DNA of 64,000 nt. It comes from the human T2T-CHM13v2.0 reference genome, Homo sapiens. Shown one piece after another: positions 44,201 to 57,749 of this stretch. Made by a program: the position numbers and the translations under genes. The stretch lies in the NCBI RefSeq assembly GCF_009914755.1, contig NC_060928.1; one strand, given 5' to 3'. Numbering within the stretch: position 1 is the stretch's first letter; each line of letters starts with the position of its first letter. The notes beneath the pieces were generated by a model, which saw nothing but the letters and a program-made list of their open reading frames with translations, made no database searches and was not told the DNA's origin.

Positions 44201-45997
44201 TCATATGTATTTGAGGATAAAAATCCATGGCTTGACTCAGCTTTAAAATATCTTATCTGAGATTCTTTGAGGAACAGACTTTCATCAAAGCCAATCCAAA
44301 AGGACTATGTAGAAATAAACATTTTTGCTGCACTTTATACAAATAATCAGACCAATTATGAGACTAAAGTTTATTCTATGAAAAACACAGTTCTGTCATA
44401 ATTTGTTTTTGCCAAAAATGAGAACTGGACGTAGAAATTATGCTCCAAACTTGATCACACATTTGTCATTAAATCCTAGTCTCATTGTTTTTAAGTCTTT
44501 TGTCTATATTTTAGACTAACACTGCTTATTTTGTGAATCAAGTGGTGATCTCCTGCAGCTTGTAGGAAACAAAAAGGGATGGGTAATGTAAATATCTAGA
44601 TCAATTATTCTGCAAATTTTGCCAGGTAATAAAAGTGAGTAGGGTGCCCATAACACAGAGGTTCTTTTCGTTTGGGAAAATAAAACAAAGGAACTTTATA
44701 GACCCCCAAAGGGAAATTCTCATCTTGCAAGTAAAATTTCAGATGGAGTTAATCTACTACATTACCCTTGCAGAAATTGCTATACTCACTCTACTATTTG
44801 CAGTAGAGCTATACGCAGTAGCACCTTCTAACTGAAATACTGGAAAGAAAGTTTCCATTGCTGTAGTATTTTGCTTAATTATTATCTTTATAGCAGGGAT
44901 AATAGTTACCAAAAAAAAGAGGCTTGAAAGTTTTACTATCAGCTCTGCTAGGACTTTTTATTGGGTTTGGTGATACATCACATCTTTTAGCTCCTGCAAT
45001 ATCAGCATTGGCCTTTTGTACAACAAAACTAATTGCTGGGTCTGTCCTGAGTGGTTTGCTCAGTTCGATCACACTAAGGAACCTCTCAAATGACTCAGAA
45101 CTTACTGTCTTAGGATTCCCTTTGTTAGTCTCACCTTTAACACTTAAGGACTTATCAGGCATAAATGTGACATGGTATGGGAGCACTTTCAACTGGGTAA
45201 CTAACTCCTCTCAGGAAACGCATGTTTCCAGTGCCAAAGAACACTCTCGCCAAAGGTGAGTTTCACACCCTCAGGCTTGGAAAAGTTGACCAGGTAATAA
45301 CAGATGCCTTCCTCTGCTTTAAAAGCAGCGGGAAAGGACCATATTTGGGAGATCTCAAATAATGTAACATGACACTCGTAATTGCTGATAGTTCAAAGAT
45401 TTGGTGAGGAAAGCACAATAAGGGTGATCTTTGGAGATCACCCGTATTGAGGGGCATTCAGAATCTAGGCTCTCCTTCTGGTTGGAAGTCCCAGTGGGAC
45501 TGGCATGATCTAAGTAACCACCTTGACTATAATGTAAAGAATAACACACAGGCCTTTCCAAACAAGCCACCTCATGGAATTCCAGACCCTTGTATGATGT
45601 TTGCTAATAGTAGTGTCCTACAAATCTGTGAGAAACTTGGAGACATCTGGACCAATATCCCTTGCCACAAGGATCATCTGAGATATTGGACAGTGCATAT
45701 TATATCCCCAATTTTTTGAAACTCCATTTGTCAGGTGGAACTTTCTCATTTAGCATGTAAGATTCTAAACGGCATTGTGAATGACTATCCTGAGTATGGG
45801 TAACCCTGTCCCAAAGATGCTTCTATTATATGTAAGAGGAGAAAGCTTCTAAGAGATGAGAAAGATCTGCCTGTGTCCCTCACAAGTCACAACTTAGAAC
45901 CATCCCTTCAAGGACAGGTTTATATTTCCTTTGTGGCTCCTGGCTACACTTAATCCTCCCTAGGCATTGAAAGGAACCTGCATTGTAGTAGGAGTGA

Positions 45998-46326
<329 letters not shown>

Positions 46327-46748
46327 TATTATTTTTACATTTCACTGGCATGGCTGCATCATCTGGGTACATCCCTAACCTAGGTTCCTTTTTAGAATGT
46401 GCACCATACTGAATAGGCCAAACAAAGCAATCTGTTATTTCCATGTCCTCGTATGGAGATTTAATCAAAAGAGAAGATTGGGGAGTGCATGCACATGACA
46501 ATCCCATCTTAGAAAGACCACGAATGGGGAATTCTATAACCAGAGTCCTCTTCTGGCTTGCTGGTATTCCTTTCCTCGTAAGGTCGGTAATTAACATGCA
46601 TTTCTTCTGAGGACCCTTAGTTCAACCCCAGGAGGAGTGCTAGCTGCTGTTCCCCACATGGCACCTATTTTCAGCAGGAATTATCCAGAAAGAGTCATTG
46701 CCTGACACCCCCTAACAGCAGTAAGTGTTACCACTCCAGATGGGAGAA

Positions 46749-47358
46749 TGGTATAGGAGTTAAGAAGAAATTATTTAGGCATATAGTGAGGGCATGGGAG
46801 TCCTCAATAAGGCTTTTCTTTTTAACGAAAAGTAGCCCCAAGTCATTTTCTAACAAAGAATGGCCTGTAAAGTCAAGCTGCAGACATAGACAAGCAAGCT
46901 GAGAGCTTGCACAGGTGAATGCTGGCAGGAACAAAGAACTAGACATGTTCTAGATGGTGACTCCATCTTCCCTTCTCTGACAGCCACATGGACTGTAAAA
47001 AGCAGAAAAGATGGCGCCAATCAACCAGAAAGCCCATTTTTATAAGAAAATGAGGGTGGGGTGAACAGCCTTCCCCCATGTGCTACCTAAACAGCATACT
47101 TGATCGAACCAATCTGTGAGCCCTAAGGAAATCAGACACCACCTCCTCAAACTGGACTATAAAATTTGGTGCATTTGCCACCAGCTGGTCCTTTTACTGC
47201 TCAGAGACCCCTTCCCATAGAGAAAACTGTTTCTTTTTCTTCTATTCTACCTATTAAACCTCTGCTCCTAAATTCCTTGCCTGTGTCCGTGTCTTATATT
47301 TTCCTGGCATGCAACAATGAACCCCAGGGCATATACTCCAGACAAGGTAGTCACTTCA
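46749..47358 (+). mobile_element. LTR9-family 3' LTR
   Basis: Direct repeat of 37550-38160 (tggtataggag...gtcacttca); 4-bp TSD TATA at 37546-37549 and 47359-47362. Confidence 0.9.
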
Positions 47359-47532
47359 TATAGTGGTAGATACTTTTTTAACAAATAAAATGACATAGTC
47401 TAGCTCTACAAATATGCTTTCTGACATCATCTTCCTTCAAAGAATTTTTTTTTAGTGCTTGATTTTCCTTAAATGTATAACCTTATTTTGACACAATGTT
47501 TGCCTCAATACTTTATAAAAAGTTGAAAAGAT

Positions 47533-48173
47533 TGTTACTGTAAAGGAGAGTCTCAATCCAGACCTCAGGAGAGGGTTCTTGGATATTGTGCAAGAAAGAA
47601 TTCAGGGCGAGTCCATAGAGTAAAGTTAAAACAAGTTTATTAAAAAATTAAAGGAATAAAAGAATGGCTACTCCATAGAGAGAGTAGTTGAGAGCTTGAG
47701 CTGCTCAACTAAGGATACTTATTGTTACTACTTGATTGTATGCTAAACAAGGGGTGGATTATTCATGAATTTTCCAGGAAAGGAGTGGGCAATTCCCACA
47801 ACAGATGGTTCCTCCCTTTTTTAGACCATATAGGGTAACTTCCTGAAGTTGCTATGGCATTTGTCAACTGTTGGGGCACTGGTAGTTGTGGCTTTTATCA
47901 TGCAAATAAATTATAATTAGCATATAATGAGCAGTGAGGACGACCAGAGGTCTCTTTCTTTGCCATCTTCATTTTGGTGGGTTTTGGCTGACTCCTTTAC
48001 TGCAGTCTGTTTTATGAGCAAGGTCTTTGTGACCTGTATCTTATGTCAACCTCCTATCTCATCCTGTAACTAAGAATACTGAACCTCCTGGGAATGCAGC
48101 TCAGTAGTTCTCAGCCTTATTTTATCCAGCCGCTACTCAAGGTGGAGTCTCTCTGGTTCAAATGCCTCTGACA
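47533..48173 (-). mobile_element. MER41B solo LTR
   Basis: The reverse complement starts tgtcagaggcatttgaaccagagagactccaccttgag (MER41 start); contains 'gacctctggtcgtcctcactgctcattatatgctaattataa'; imperfect 4-bp TSD agat/atat. Confidence 0.9.
47772..47780. promoter_or_regulatory. GAS (STAT) motif TTCCAGGAA in MER41B
   Basis: TTCN3GAA at the position of the known MER41B STAT1 site; function not shown. Confidence 0.55.
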
Positions 48174-48472
48174 ATATGAATATAATTTTATTTAATCAAT
48201 AATTTTATAATATTTAAAAATATCTATCATTTTAACTGAGATGTTTTATCAAAAATACTTTTAAGAAAAACAAAATTAGCAAATATTCAGAAAATAAAAA
48301 ATTTGAATCTTACATGGAATGCTTATCTTATAAGAAATCATTCTGTAGACAACAATAACAAATTGAGAAGTTATCTTTGTATAGATATATGCTTAGAAAA
48401 TTAAATGTTTGCCATTTAATATAATTCATGATATATTAATGCCTTTTAGTATGTTTACAATGTTTCTGGTAA

Positions 48473-48556
48473 AATTATATGCCTATATAATTATATGCCT
48501 ATATAATTATATGCCTATATAATTATATGCCTATATAATTATATGCCTATATAATT
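48473..48556 (+). repeat. Perfect 16-bp minisatellite (AATTATATGCCTATAT) x5.25
   Basis: Five identical units read directly. Confidence 0.97.
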
Positions 48557-50884
48557 TTTCAACTATTTACTAAAAGTGATAAGTGAAAATAGCTTTTTGT
48601 CATTTGTGAAAAAGTCCAACCATTAGTTTTACAAACTTCATAATATCGAACAGATAAATCACGAACTTAAACAGTACAGATTTTTTTCTTATTTTAAACT
48701 TAGTCTAAGTGTGGCTCTTCCATTTATATCAAGTAGAATAATCCAGAAGAAATCTCTTTATAAGCTAAAATTGTACACTGAGTAAAGGAAATGGCAATAA
48801 TTTTCATTTAAAAATCTTTTGTTATCATGGTGAAAGCCAAATTAGTTGAAAATGACACAAGAGTAGTAAAATCTTGACTCCTTTTATACGTATAAAAGAT
48901 TCATTTGCTTTAGTGTGAACTACTGTGGAAGACTAACAATGTAATTAACACCATATATTACTGTAAGGGATTCATATTAAAATACCCAGTATTCCAGTGC
49001 GTTTAGTTTTTAAAGGCCAATAGTCAAAGGGAGTTTATCAGAGCAAAACTAAGAACAGAGGGAGAGCTTCTGAATAGCTGAAAGATTAATGTTTTCAAAG
49101 ACTTGTTTTATAATATTTTGTCTTGGATTTCACTACATTCAGAAATTTAACTATGAAATTGGCATCTTCCTAAAATAAATAATTTATAGAAATACTAACT
49201 AGCCCAGCAATAATTAAAACCTAACAATAGATACAATTTAATGGATTTTTAAATAGCAGTGTGTAGCACTGCCTTTTCTCCTGCACAGTTCCCTGTGACT
49301 TACATTCTGATTGACTTTCCACCAGTCTCCAATTCAAATTTCTGCTATATCACATGGGAATATGATTGTTACAATCTATATAATTGCTATGATTTTGAGT
49401 AGTGCTTTTTAAAATATTTTCTTACATATATAATTTACATTACAGGATAAATTTAAGCCCCATTTTTTATATGTCCCAGTAGAAAATCCTACACAGAAGT
49501 TGACTATTTGTGTAAGGTGGAATATGATGATGTTCTCTGATTACCCTGATAAGATAAAATGATGCTATATTTAGCTCAGGATAAACAGAAGAGGAAAACA
49601 AGCAGTCTTTGGAAGAAAACATAAATCAAAGTAGCTCTCGGGAATTTCAAGTCGAAGAGAACTTTCATTTGATTGCTAAGTCTAATACCTTTTGGGTCCC
49701 TTTTTTTCTCCACAGAAGACTGAAATTCCAAGGAAAAGTGGCATGATAGCTTTGGCTTTACTCAGGTGCTTCTACTGTGTTTGGGACGAAAAGTAAGGCA
49801 AAGGCAGATCCCCAAAGAAAGAAGTGATGGGCAGTCCTGAAGAACATATCTACCAAAATAAGGCAAAAATCAAGATATTTACCAATAACATTTTCATGTG
49901 ATTATGCTTGATTTTATATCTACCATGAGCTAAAACTGATGTGAAACAATAATATTTTGAAAATGGCAGATGTTCTTTCTTGTCTGCTGGCTGAAAGACT
50001 GCACTGAGGATTCTGGAGATCTTTTCTTTTGCATTTCATTGTCTTGTATATGGAATTAACCTTAAGTAAATAAAAATAATAATAAATAATAACTAAGTTG
50101 TGGCATTTCTTGAAAACCCTAAGATTTTATTAAGAAGAAAAACTATGAAAATATTTTCGTGATGAAATTTGTAATTAAGTTAAAATATAACTCTTCCTAT
50201 CTCTTACAGATTGATATATTACTAAGCCATTATAAGTAAGGCTGGAGCTATCAGCTTGTTTTTTAGCAGTGTTTTTTGAGGCTTCAGGCATTGAGGTCTC
50301 TTCCCCTAGGCATATTTGCAATCAAATTGCCTGGCATAGTTAGGCAGTGTTATAGTTGCTATCTAAAGTTAATGAAAATATAACTCGCGGAAATCCAGCT
50401 ATTTGGTTTCATATGTTGTCTTGTTTTTCTAATCAGCCTCCACTTAACTGAGGCAGACAATGCTATACTTAATTTTCTTTTCAACTCAGAAGCTATACAA
50501 ATTATTATAAAATAAATAATTATCCAGGTCTGCTAATTATGATGAATTATAGACACACCTGTATCACTATGCATTTGTTCACATTTTAAGCATGCTTATT
50601 ATGATGATTACAAGTAGTAATACATGCTCAGTGCAAAGTTTTAAAAAATACTCTAAAGGCATACAAAAGGATAAGGAAAATTATCCATAAACCCATCACA
50701 TTTAGATATAATTAACGTGGAAATGAAACAGGGATTAGAGAAAAGATGTTTTTGAATCACAATTTAAGTGGCTGCTCTCCTAACTACACATATATACACA
50801 TGTATAAAGTATATCCCTTTATATTTTATTGCTTTATGTTTAATTGAAATAATTTCCATCTCCCTGGATTTTCTCAGTTTTAGA

Positions 50885-51080
50885 GGTTTTGGAGTCATAT
50901 ATAAATCTTTCATTTTCTGGGTGACTTAGAAAAGTTGATAAGTCTCATGGAGTCTTCAGTTTCTTCATCTATAAAATGAGCATAGTAATACCTGCATCTC
51001 AGTGTTCTAATAAGGATTACAACTAATATTTTTTAAACAGTGTTAACACAATAACTTGCATAGAGCAAGTATTTGGTAAG
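50885..51080 (+). mobile_element. MIR
   Basis: 'gggtgacttagaaaagtt...tcagtttcttcatctataaaatgagcatagtaatacct'. Confidence 0.75.
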
Positions 51081-52129
51081 GAATGTTTGATAATGTTTTT
51101 TAATTACACATATAATATTCTATCAAATGTGTCCACTAAGTTTATTCTTTAAATTATATATTTGAACATTTATGTTATTTTTAAAGACATTGATAAATAA
51201 CATACCTCTTTTATATAAATAGTGTGTTGATAATATTTGTTGCTCTTAGAAAAATCTATGTATTAGTACATTATTTACTTTTAAAATAATTTAGCCTAAT
51301 GTTCTATTACATTAGCAAAGATAATGGAAAATTAAGCTTTAACTAAATAGGAAATGATTTCACACTGCATGTAATTCTAAAATTTGAGAAAAAATAATTC
51401 AACAATGTCTCTTGTTCCTAAATATACATCTTTTTTTTCATGAAATACAGCTTTACTTCATTTCATAACATAATTAATGTTTTATTTTGGAGAGGACAGC
51501 TAAAAAAGCATAATTAAAATTGCAATTTTTTTATAATGTAATGAAAGAACATAGTTAATGAAGTATATTTAATGTAAATTAACTGTGATATAATAGAAAT
51601 AATATTGGGACCTTCTTAAATTTTCTGGATTGTTGATTCTATGATGGTTATCCACAATAGTAGATACACCTTACATGAACCACAACATTTTGGTTCTTTT
51701 AACCCAGGAATAATACCATACTGAAAGCAAGTTATCCCACTTCCAAGACCCCTTTTACACTTACAAATGAGTTTCAAGTGCCCTAGAGCTTATCTTACCT
51801 GATCCACACACATGTAGTTCTTCTTCGACCTGGAAAGGACCCATGCTTCTTTCATACCATGAGAAGACACTTCTATCACATAAGAACAGGTGATCCAAAA
51901 GCAGTATGAACTTATGATGGCCCGAGTTGGTGAAAATTATTTTTGAAGCTTGCCTGCAGTTCATGGTACAGATTTAGAAGATCATTGGTGGGAAATATCA
52001 TCCAAACCGCTAAACAGAGTTACTTATACTGAAAGTTCTTTGAGATTGCCACAATAATGCATTTGTCCAAAGGGACACATTTAAATAAAAATTTGATAAT
52101 ATTTAAAAATTTATAGATTATTTGAGAAG

Positions 52130-52345
52130 AATGGATATGTTAGAAGCAAAGACAGGAATTCCTCCTTTGTCATTACCTCACTGTTTGATGTTGTGCTTAC
52201 AGGTGTACCTCTCTTTAGCTTCCATCTTTAATTTATACAATGGGAGTAATATTATCAATATACTCTGCTGTTTTCCAGGATTTTATAAGATAATATTTGG
52301 AAATGCTTTGGGTACATGCTAGAGAGTATGCACTAAAAAATAATT
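52130..52345 (+). mobile_element. MIR (diverged)
   Basis: 'acctctctttagcttccatctttaatttatacaatgggagtaat...aagataatatttggaaatgctttg'. Confidence 0.6.
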
Positions 52346-52619
52346 TTATTGACTTTATAAGCAAATATATTGGAGTCAGATTGTGCAGATTAATTGTGTT
52401 TCCTTAGAAGGTATATTTGACATCACCTAGTCTCTAGTTATGGGCAATTTCAACTAGCTACTGAAATCGTATTGAAGGTGACTCAATTGTTAAAAATCAT
52501 TATAAATCCCATCTTTGAACAATTTCTATTTTTGAGAAAAACTAAGGGATTCACTTGGATAATATAACTGTTGTGTAATGAGTGATATACAAATTTATTT
52601 TCCACTTTGTAATTTTTAT

Positions 52620-54700
52620 AATTATAAGCCTTATCTTTTTTCTTCTATATATATGTACTTTTTTCTCCGGCTTCTCTCCAGATATATATATATATATATT
52701 TAAATTTAGTTGTTCAATGCTTTTTAAATAATGTGTGTAGATATGTGTGCTGGTATGTATTCTACTGATATTTATTCAGGTTGATGTTCTCTGGCCTTTG
52801 TAGTTTTGTAGTTGAAATTTTGTATTTGTTTAAAAAACAAGTTTCAACCATTATCTCTTCTAGTGTTTTTTTTTTGTTTTGTTTTGTTTTTTGTTTTTTT
52901 CCCTGCATGTTGTCTTTTCTCTTTCCAGCCTTTTCTTTGTTTTTTTCCTGGGATTCCAAAAACAAATTTGTTAGATAATTAGTATTTATTCCACACCTCT
53001 TTGGTAGTACATAATCTTTTTGTAGGTATACTTGCTTTTTAAAGCATTTCTCTTCATTTTTCAGTTTTGGTAATTTCTATTGGCCTATCTTCAAATTTAC
53101 TAATTCTTTTATTAGCTGTTGTCAGGTTTACTGAAAAACATATCAAAGTTGTTTTTTTTTCTGTTAATGCATTTTTTCTTATTAAAATTTCAATTTCACT
53201 CTTTCTTAAATGCTCCATCTCTGTGGTAAAATTCATCGTCTGTTCATGTAGAACCTTTAATATATTAGTCATAGTTATTTTAAATTTCTTCTCTAGCATT
53301 TCCAACATGTAGGTTATATGTAGCTTTGGTTCTCTTGATTGTTTTGTCTCTTGATAATGTTTTCATGTTTTGTGTGTGTGTACATTTATTTTTATTTGTT
53401 TCTTAATTTTTGGTTGTGTGGCATAAATCATGTGTTGGGCACTTTGAGACAGAAGTAAGCAATGTTTTGAGCAAAAATTGTTAAAAATCTTTTTTGACTA
53501 AGTCTTTGGCATTTGAGGTTTAATCAATTTAGAGTTAAATGGAATATCAGTTTTATTGCAGCCATTACTACTCTCAGGGTCTCTACAGATCAAAATTTCT
53601 CTAGCATTGCTTTGTGCTTAGGGTGAAGAATGGTTTGCAAATGAGTTTTTCTCAGTGTCTGCTTCTCCATCACCTTTATGCTTTCCTTGACAACTTTTCC
53701 TTAGAAATGTCTCTCTTCATACTCTTGTTCCTAACCCAGTGTAATATTCTTGGTCTTTATTAAGTGCTTGGTGAAGGACAATATGAGGGGGCTATTTGTT
53801 GTTGTCCTGTATAGACTCAGTCTTAAACAACACTTGGGTATCTGGTGTGGGGCTTTCTCAGTGATCCTGTCCCTTCTCCAGCAATGGAAGATCCCTACTG
53901 GTCTGACCCAGAATGGTTTCATGCTCCTCCTTGAGTGTTAGAAGGTTGCCTTCCTTTTCTCTCCTTTGGTGTGTATTTTTGCTCTGTGTATGGTAAAGCT
54001 TGCTGCCCTTCCACAACCCCTTAATTATTTAATTCCATAGAGCAAAATCATCCAGATAGGGCTTTATGCCTTTTCTGGAGCAGCTGCTGCACTCCTCCTA
54101 CAGGCCCATACATACTTCATTTGCACTGGGGACTGTTGTGGGGTGGGGCGGGGGCGGGGATAGCATTAGGAGATATACCTAATGCTAAATGACGAGTTAA
54201 TGGGTACAGCACACCAACATGACACATGTATACATATGTAACAAACCTGCACGTTGTGCACATGAACCCTAAAACTTAAAGTATAATAATAAAAAAATGA
54301 AAACTTTCTCTTATTTTTTATCCTACCCTCAGTCTTTCTTATAAGCTCCCTATAAAGGTTTATGGAAAAGAGCTTACCAGTAGATGCAAACTGCTGTTTT
54401 CAGGGCTTCCATATTCTCATACTAGCATACAATTGGTCCCTAGAAATTTGTTTCAAAATTGTAGCTGAATTTCACTTATCTGCTTACATGGCAGTCCTAT
54501 ATTCCTTTTGTGCTTTTTTATTTTTTTTCTCCTCTTTCATTGGAGGCATATGTCTTTTCTTAGATTCCAAGCTGATTGATTGCTCTGTGACCTCACTTCA
54601 CTGATTTTTTTTAAAGCTTTAATTTTACAGACTTTTCTCTTACTGTTATGGTGAGAGTGATGGTTATTCCAGCTTTTTTCTTCCTAAATAGAAATAGAAT
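52620..54700 (-). mobile_element. Old L1M 5' region and ORF1, antisense
   Basis: ORF 53054-53308(-) MLEMLEKKFKITMTNILK...NKRISKFEDRPIEITKTEK is L1 ORF1p coiled-coil-like. Confidence 0.75.
54124..54298 (+). mobile_element. L1PA3/L1PA4-like 3' terminus, ~175 bp, 5'-truncated
   Basis: 'gatagcattaggagatatacctaatgctaaatgacgagttaatggg...ccctaaaacttaaagtataataataaaaaa'; includes the G-rich tract. Confidence 0.93.
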
Positions 54701-55179
54701 GACATTTGTGTGTATGTAATAACTTTTTCTGTATTAACTATTGTTCATTTTATGTAAATGAAAGATACATTACAATAAAAAGATGTATAGCTAACATTAG
54801 TAGGCTTTCTTTTCATTACTTAACATTGAAAAAATAAGTTGTGTTCTTTAGCAAGTGCAAAAATAAATTTTAAATAATTACAACCTTAATTAAAACCAAG
54901 GATGACATAAAATGAGTAAATCTGCTAGCGGTGTTAGTAAAATAAAGTCATAGGTTATTGTTCTCTAACTCCCAGGCATTCTTTATTTTATTAAAGAAAA
55001 TAAAACAGCACATATTGTTTAATTAGTTGATGTTAATAAAACAGTGTGTTTGTTCATAATCTAAGTTTAGCCACCATATCACATACATAAAATAAACAGA
55101 TACTGTGATTTTCTTTGTTAATTTTTGCTATTATTACTAGTGTTAGAATTATTAATATTATGTGGGTCTTCAGGGTAAT

Positions 55180-55832
55180 TGTATTAGCTATATATTTCTG
55201 CATAGCAAGTGCAAAAGGCTGAGTTGTTTAAAACAATTCCCATTACCAAACCATTCTGTGTATTACGAGTCTGGATATAAATGATCTCGGTTCTCTGCCT
55301 AGAGACTCCCAAAGATGCAATCGAGGTGCAAGTCAGGCTACAATCTCATCTGAGTCTCAGAATCCCTTTGCAAGCTCTTTGATTGTTGACAGAATCTAGT
55401 TTCTTGCGGCTTTAGGACTGTGATCCCCACTTCCTGGCTATCAGCCAAGGGCTGCTATCAGCTACTGTGGGCTTCTCCCATTAACTGGCACGTAGCCCTC
55501 TGTACAACATGGCAGTTTTCCACATCAAGGCCAGTAGTAAACCTTCTCTGCTTTCAGTTCTTTCTAATCTTTTAAGGACTCACCTGATTAGATCAGGCTC
55601 CCCAGGATGAATTCTCTGTGATTAACTCAAAACCAAAGAATTAAATGAATCTTTAAATGACTTTAAATGAATCTGAAATAAACACTTTTGCCATACAACA
55701 GAGCACAATCACAGGATTGATATTCCACCCTATTCACAAATCATATTTACCCAACAAGGAAAGGAGTGTATGCAGTGTTCACACAGCACAGGGCAGGAAT
55801 CTTGGGAGTCATCTTAAATGCTTCCTACCGCA
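55180..55832 (-). mobile_element. MaLR solo LTR (MLT1E/F-like)
   Basis: tgtattagct...'ttgttgacagaatctagtttcttgcggc'...'gggcaggaatcttgggagtcatctta...cctaccgca'. Confidence 0.75.
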
Positions 55833-55964
55833 GTAATATTATTTTTCTATGGGAAAACAATAATAAAAATTTAAAACATTCTTTAAAATATATTACATTT
55901 ATAATATAAGGATTTTGTTAACATAATATTTGTGATTGTTTAAATATTTCTATCTTTCTATGAA

Positions 55965-56240
55965 AGGAGATACTGCAATGTGAACTGAGGCTGCATATGT
56001 CACTTCTGAGCAGAATCTCTAAGAACCAGAATGTAGTTTTCCATGGGACTTTCCTTTCTCCCTCCAGATAAGCAATGTTTTACAGAGTCAGCTTCATTAG
56101 TCTCTGTGTCTCTGCTGGTTATGACATGGAATGGAGTTGCAGGTGGCCCTCAAGGGAGCTATCTATAGTAAGAGGAGGAAATAATTATTTAGTATTTTTA
56201 AACTGTTGAGTTACTTATTACTATAGCATATTTTGGCGAA
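55965..56240 (+). mobile_element. Old MaLR LTR fragment (MLT1I/J/K-like)
   Basis: 'tgtcacttctgagcagaatctctaagaacc', 'ttacttattactatagcata'. Confidence 0.5.
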
Positions 56241-56499
56241 CTGAACAATATTTTGTCTTAAAAATTAGAAAAACTATTTTTTTCTAGTATCATGAAAGTA
56301 TTATTTAAAATATTCTCTTTAAATCATAAACATAATAGAAAACCTGGAAAATAAAAGCAAAAAAATGAATAAAAATACAAGTTATCCAGTTTCTTTGTAA
56401 TGGCATTTTCTCTATGCCCAACATGCACATTTAAATAATTTGAAATATGTTGCATGCAGAGGAATATTGCATTGCCTTTTATAATTTTATGTCCTCGCC

Positions 56500-57300
56500 A
56501 TATTTTCGGGTAATAACAGTGCTCCAAAATATTGTTTATTTCATGCCATAGGAATATCATAATTTCATTCATCAATCTTCAGTGATTGGACATATATGTT
56601 TTCCTGAAAAAATGATACCAGAAACATAACTTTACTCAAAGTATATTATATTCTATGACTTTTAGTTATGCTTTCATTGGTTCTTGCAAAGATGATTACA
56701 CTAATTATCAAATACAAAGACAATATCTACTTTAGTTGACAATTATCAGGCTATGAATCTTAGGTAGCATGAATCAATTGGTAACTTTTATTTCAAACCT
56801 GTCATCTGTCAGGCTGAGGTGGCAGTATATTAATTTTATTGGATTTTTAATGTACTTCCTCATTATTAAATGTTTCAGTGAACTGAATTTTTAGGCTTCC
56901 TTATCACTTTATTTGCAGTTTATATAGTTTTGTTTACATTGTTTCATATATATTCTCTGGTAATATGATTATCCTATATCTTAGTATATAAATTTTATTA
57001 ATAAACCATTTGTATGTGTTATGCATTTGAGAATATTTGTTCAAGAATGAATAGAGAAGTGGACTCCCTTCTGAGTGTTTGATTATGTGATAATAACTTC
57101 CTGTGCCTTTGAATACAAATAACAATGTTTCTTGGTATTTTTTTGGTGTATTGCTTTGTATAATACTTTTAAAACACAGTAGATGATACTCCATCATCTT
57201 CTGATTTTGGTTATGGTATTATGAACTTAAAATTTTTCTTTCTTCTGTAAGGAACAAGTTTATATTTTCTCTCTGGTTATATATAATATTCTCTCCTTTA
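56500..57300 (-). mobile_element. Old L1ME fragments
   Basis: 'cagtgattggacatatatgttttcc', 'ttatgcatttgagaatattt'; T-rich antisense L1 character. Confidence 0.45.
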
Positions 57301-57749
57301 TTCCCATATTATAATACAAAGCAAAAAACCCACAAATTTTTGATTATACTTAATAGACATTATGTTACATACCCACATACTCATTCTATCTTTCTCTCAT
57401 TTCGTAACATCCATGCCATTTGTAGGGTTATCCTAGTTACAAAAGTAAGTCTGAATCAATCCAAGTTGACCATGAAAACCTTTGGGCTAAATTATTCATT
57501 GCATGACTATCACCTGGTCATATAAATTGACTCAATATTTGACATGAGATATTTTTATGTTTTTCTGCTACTCTCAAGTCTTATTTAAGATGAAGACTTA
57601 ATTCATTCAATTTAAATATCAGCTTTTATTTCTAGTTTTGGTGATATAAAAAAAAATCCTGAAAGTTCCAAATTACCAAATATCGAGATATGTTTCAATG
57701 ACTATCTGAAACTTCAAGAAATTAGAGTTACTTTCTAGGAACAAAAATG

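Noticed and set aside
44875-45719. ORFs of 64-111 aa as a domesticated env (syncytin-like) gene
   Set aside because: The env-like region is fragmented by stops and frameshifts, interrupted by AluY, and lacks a recognisable TM domain.
48473-48556. CRISPR-like array
   Set aside because: No spacers; a simple tandem repeat in primate DNA.
51760-51960. Minus-strand candidate exon ending at CAG|GTAAGA (51799)
   Set aside because: The donor is strong, but the acceptors are weak or give a 31-nt exon, and no peptide is recognisable.
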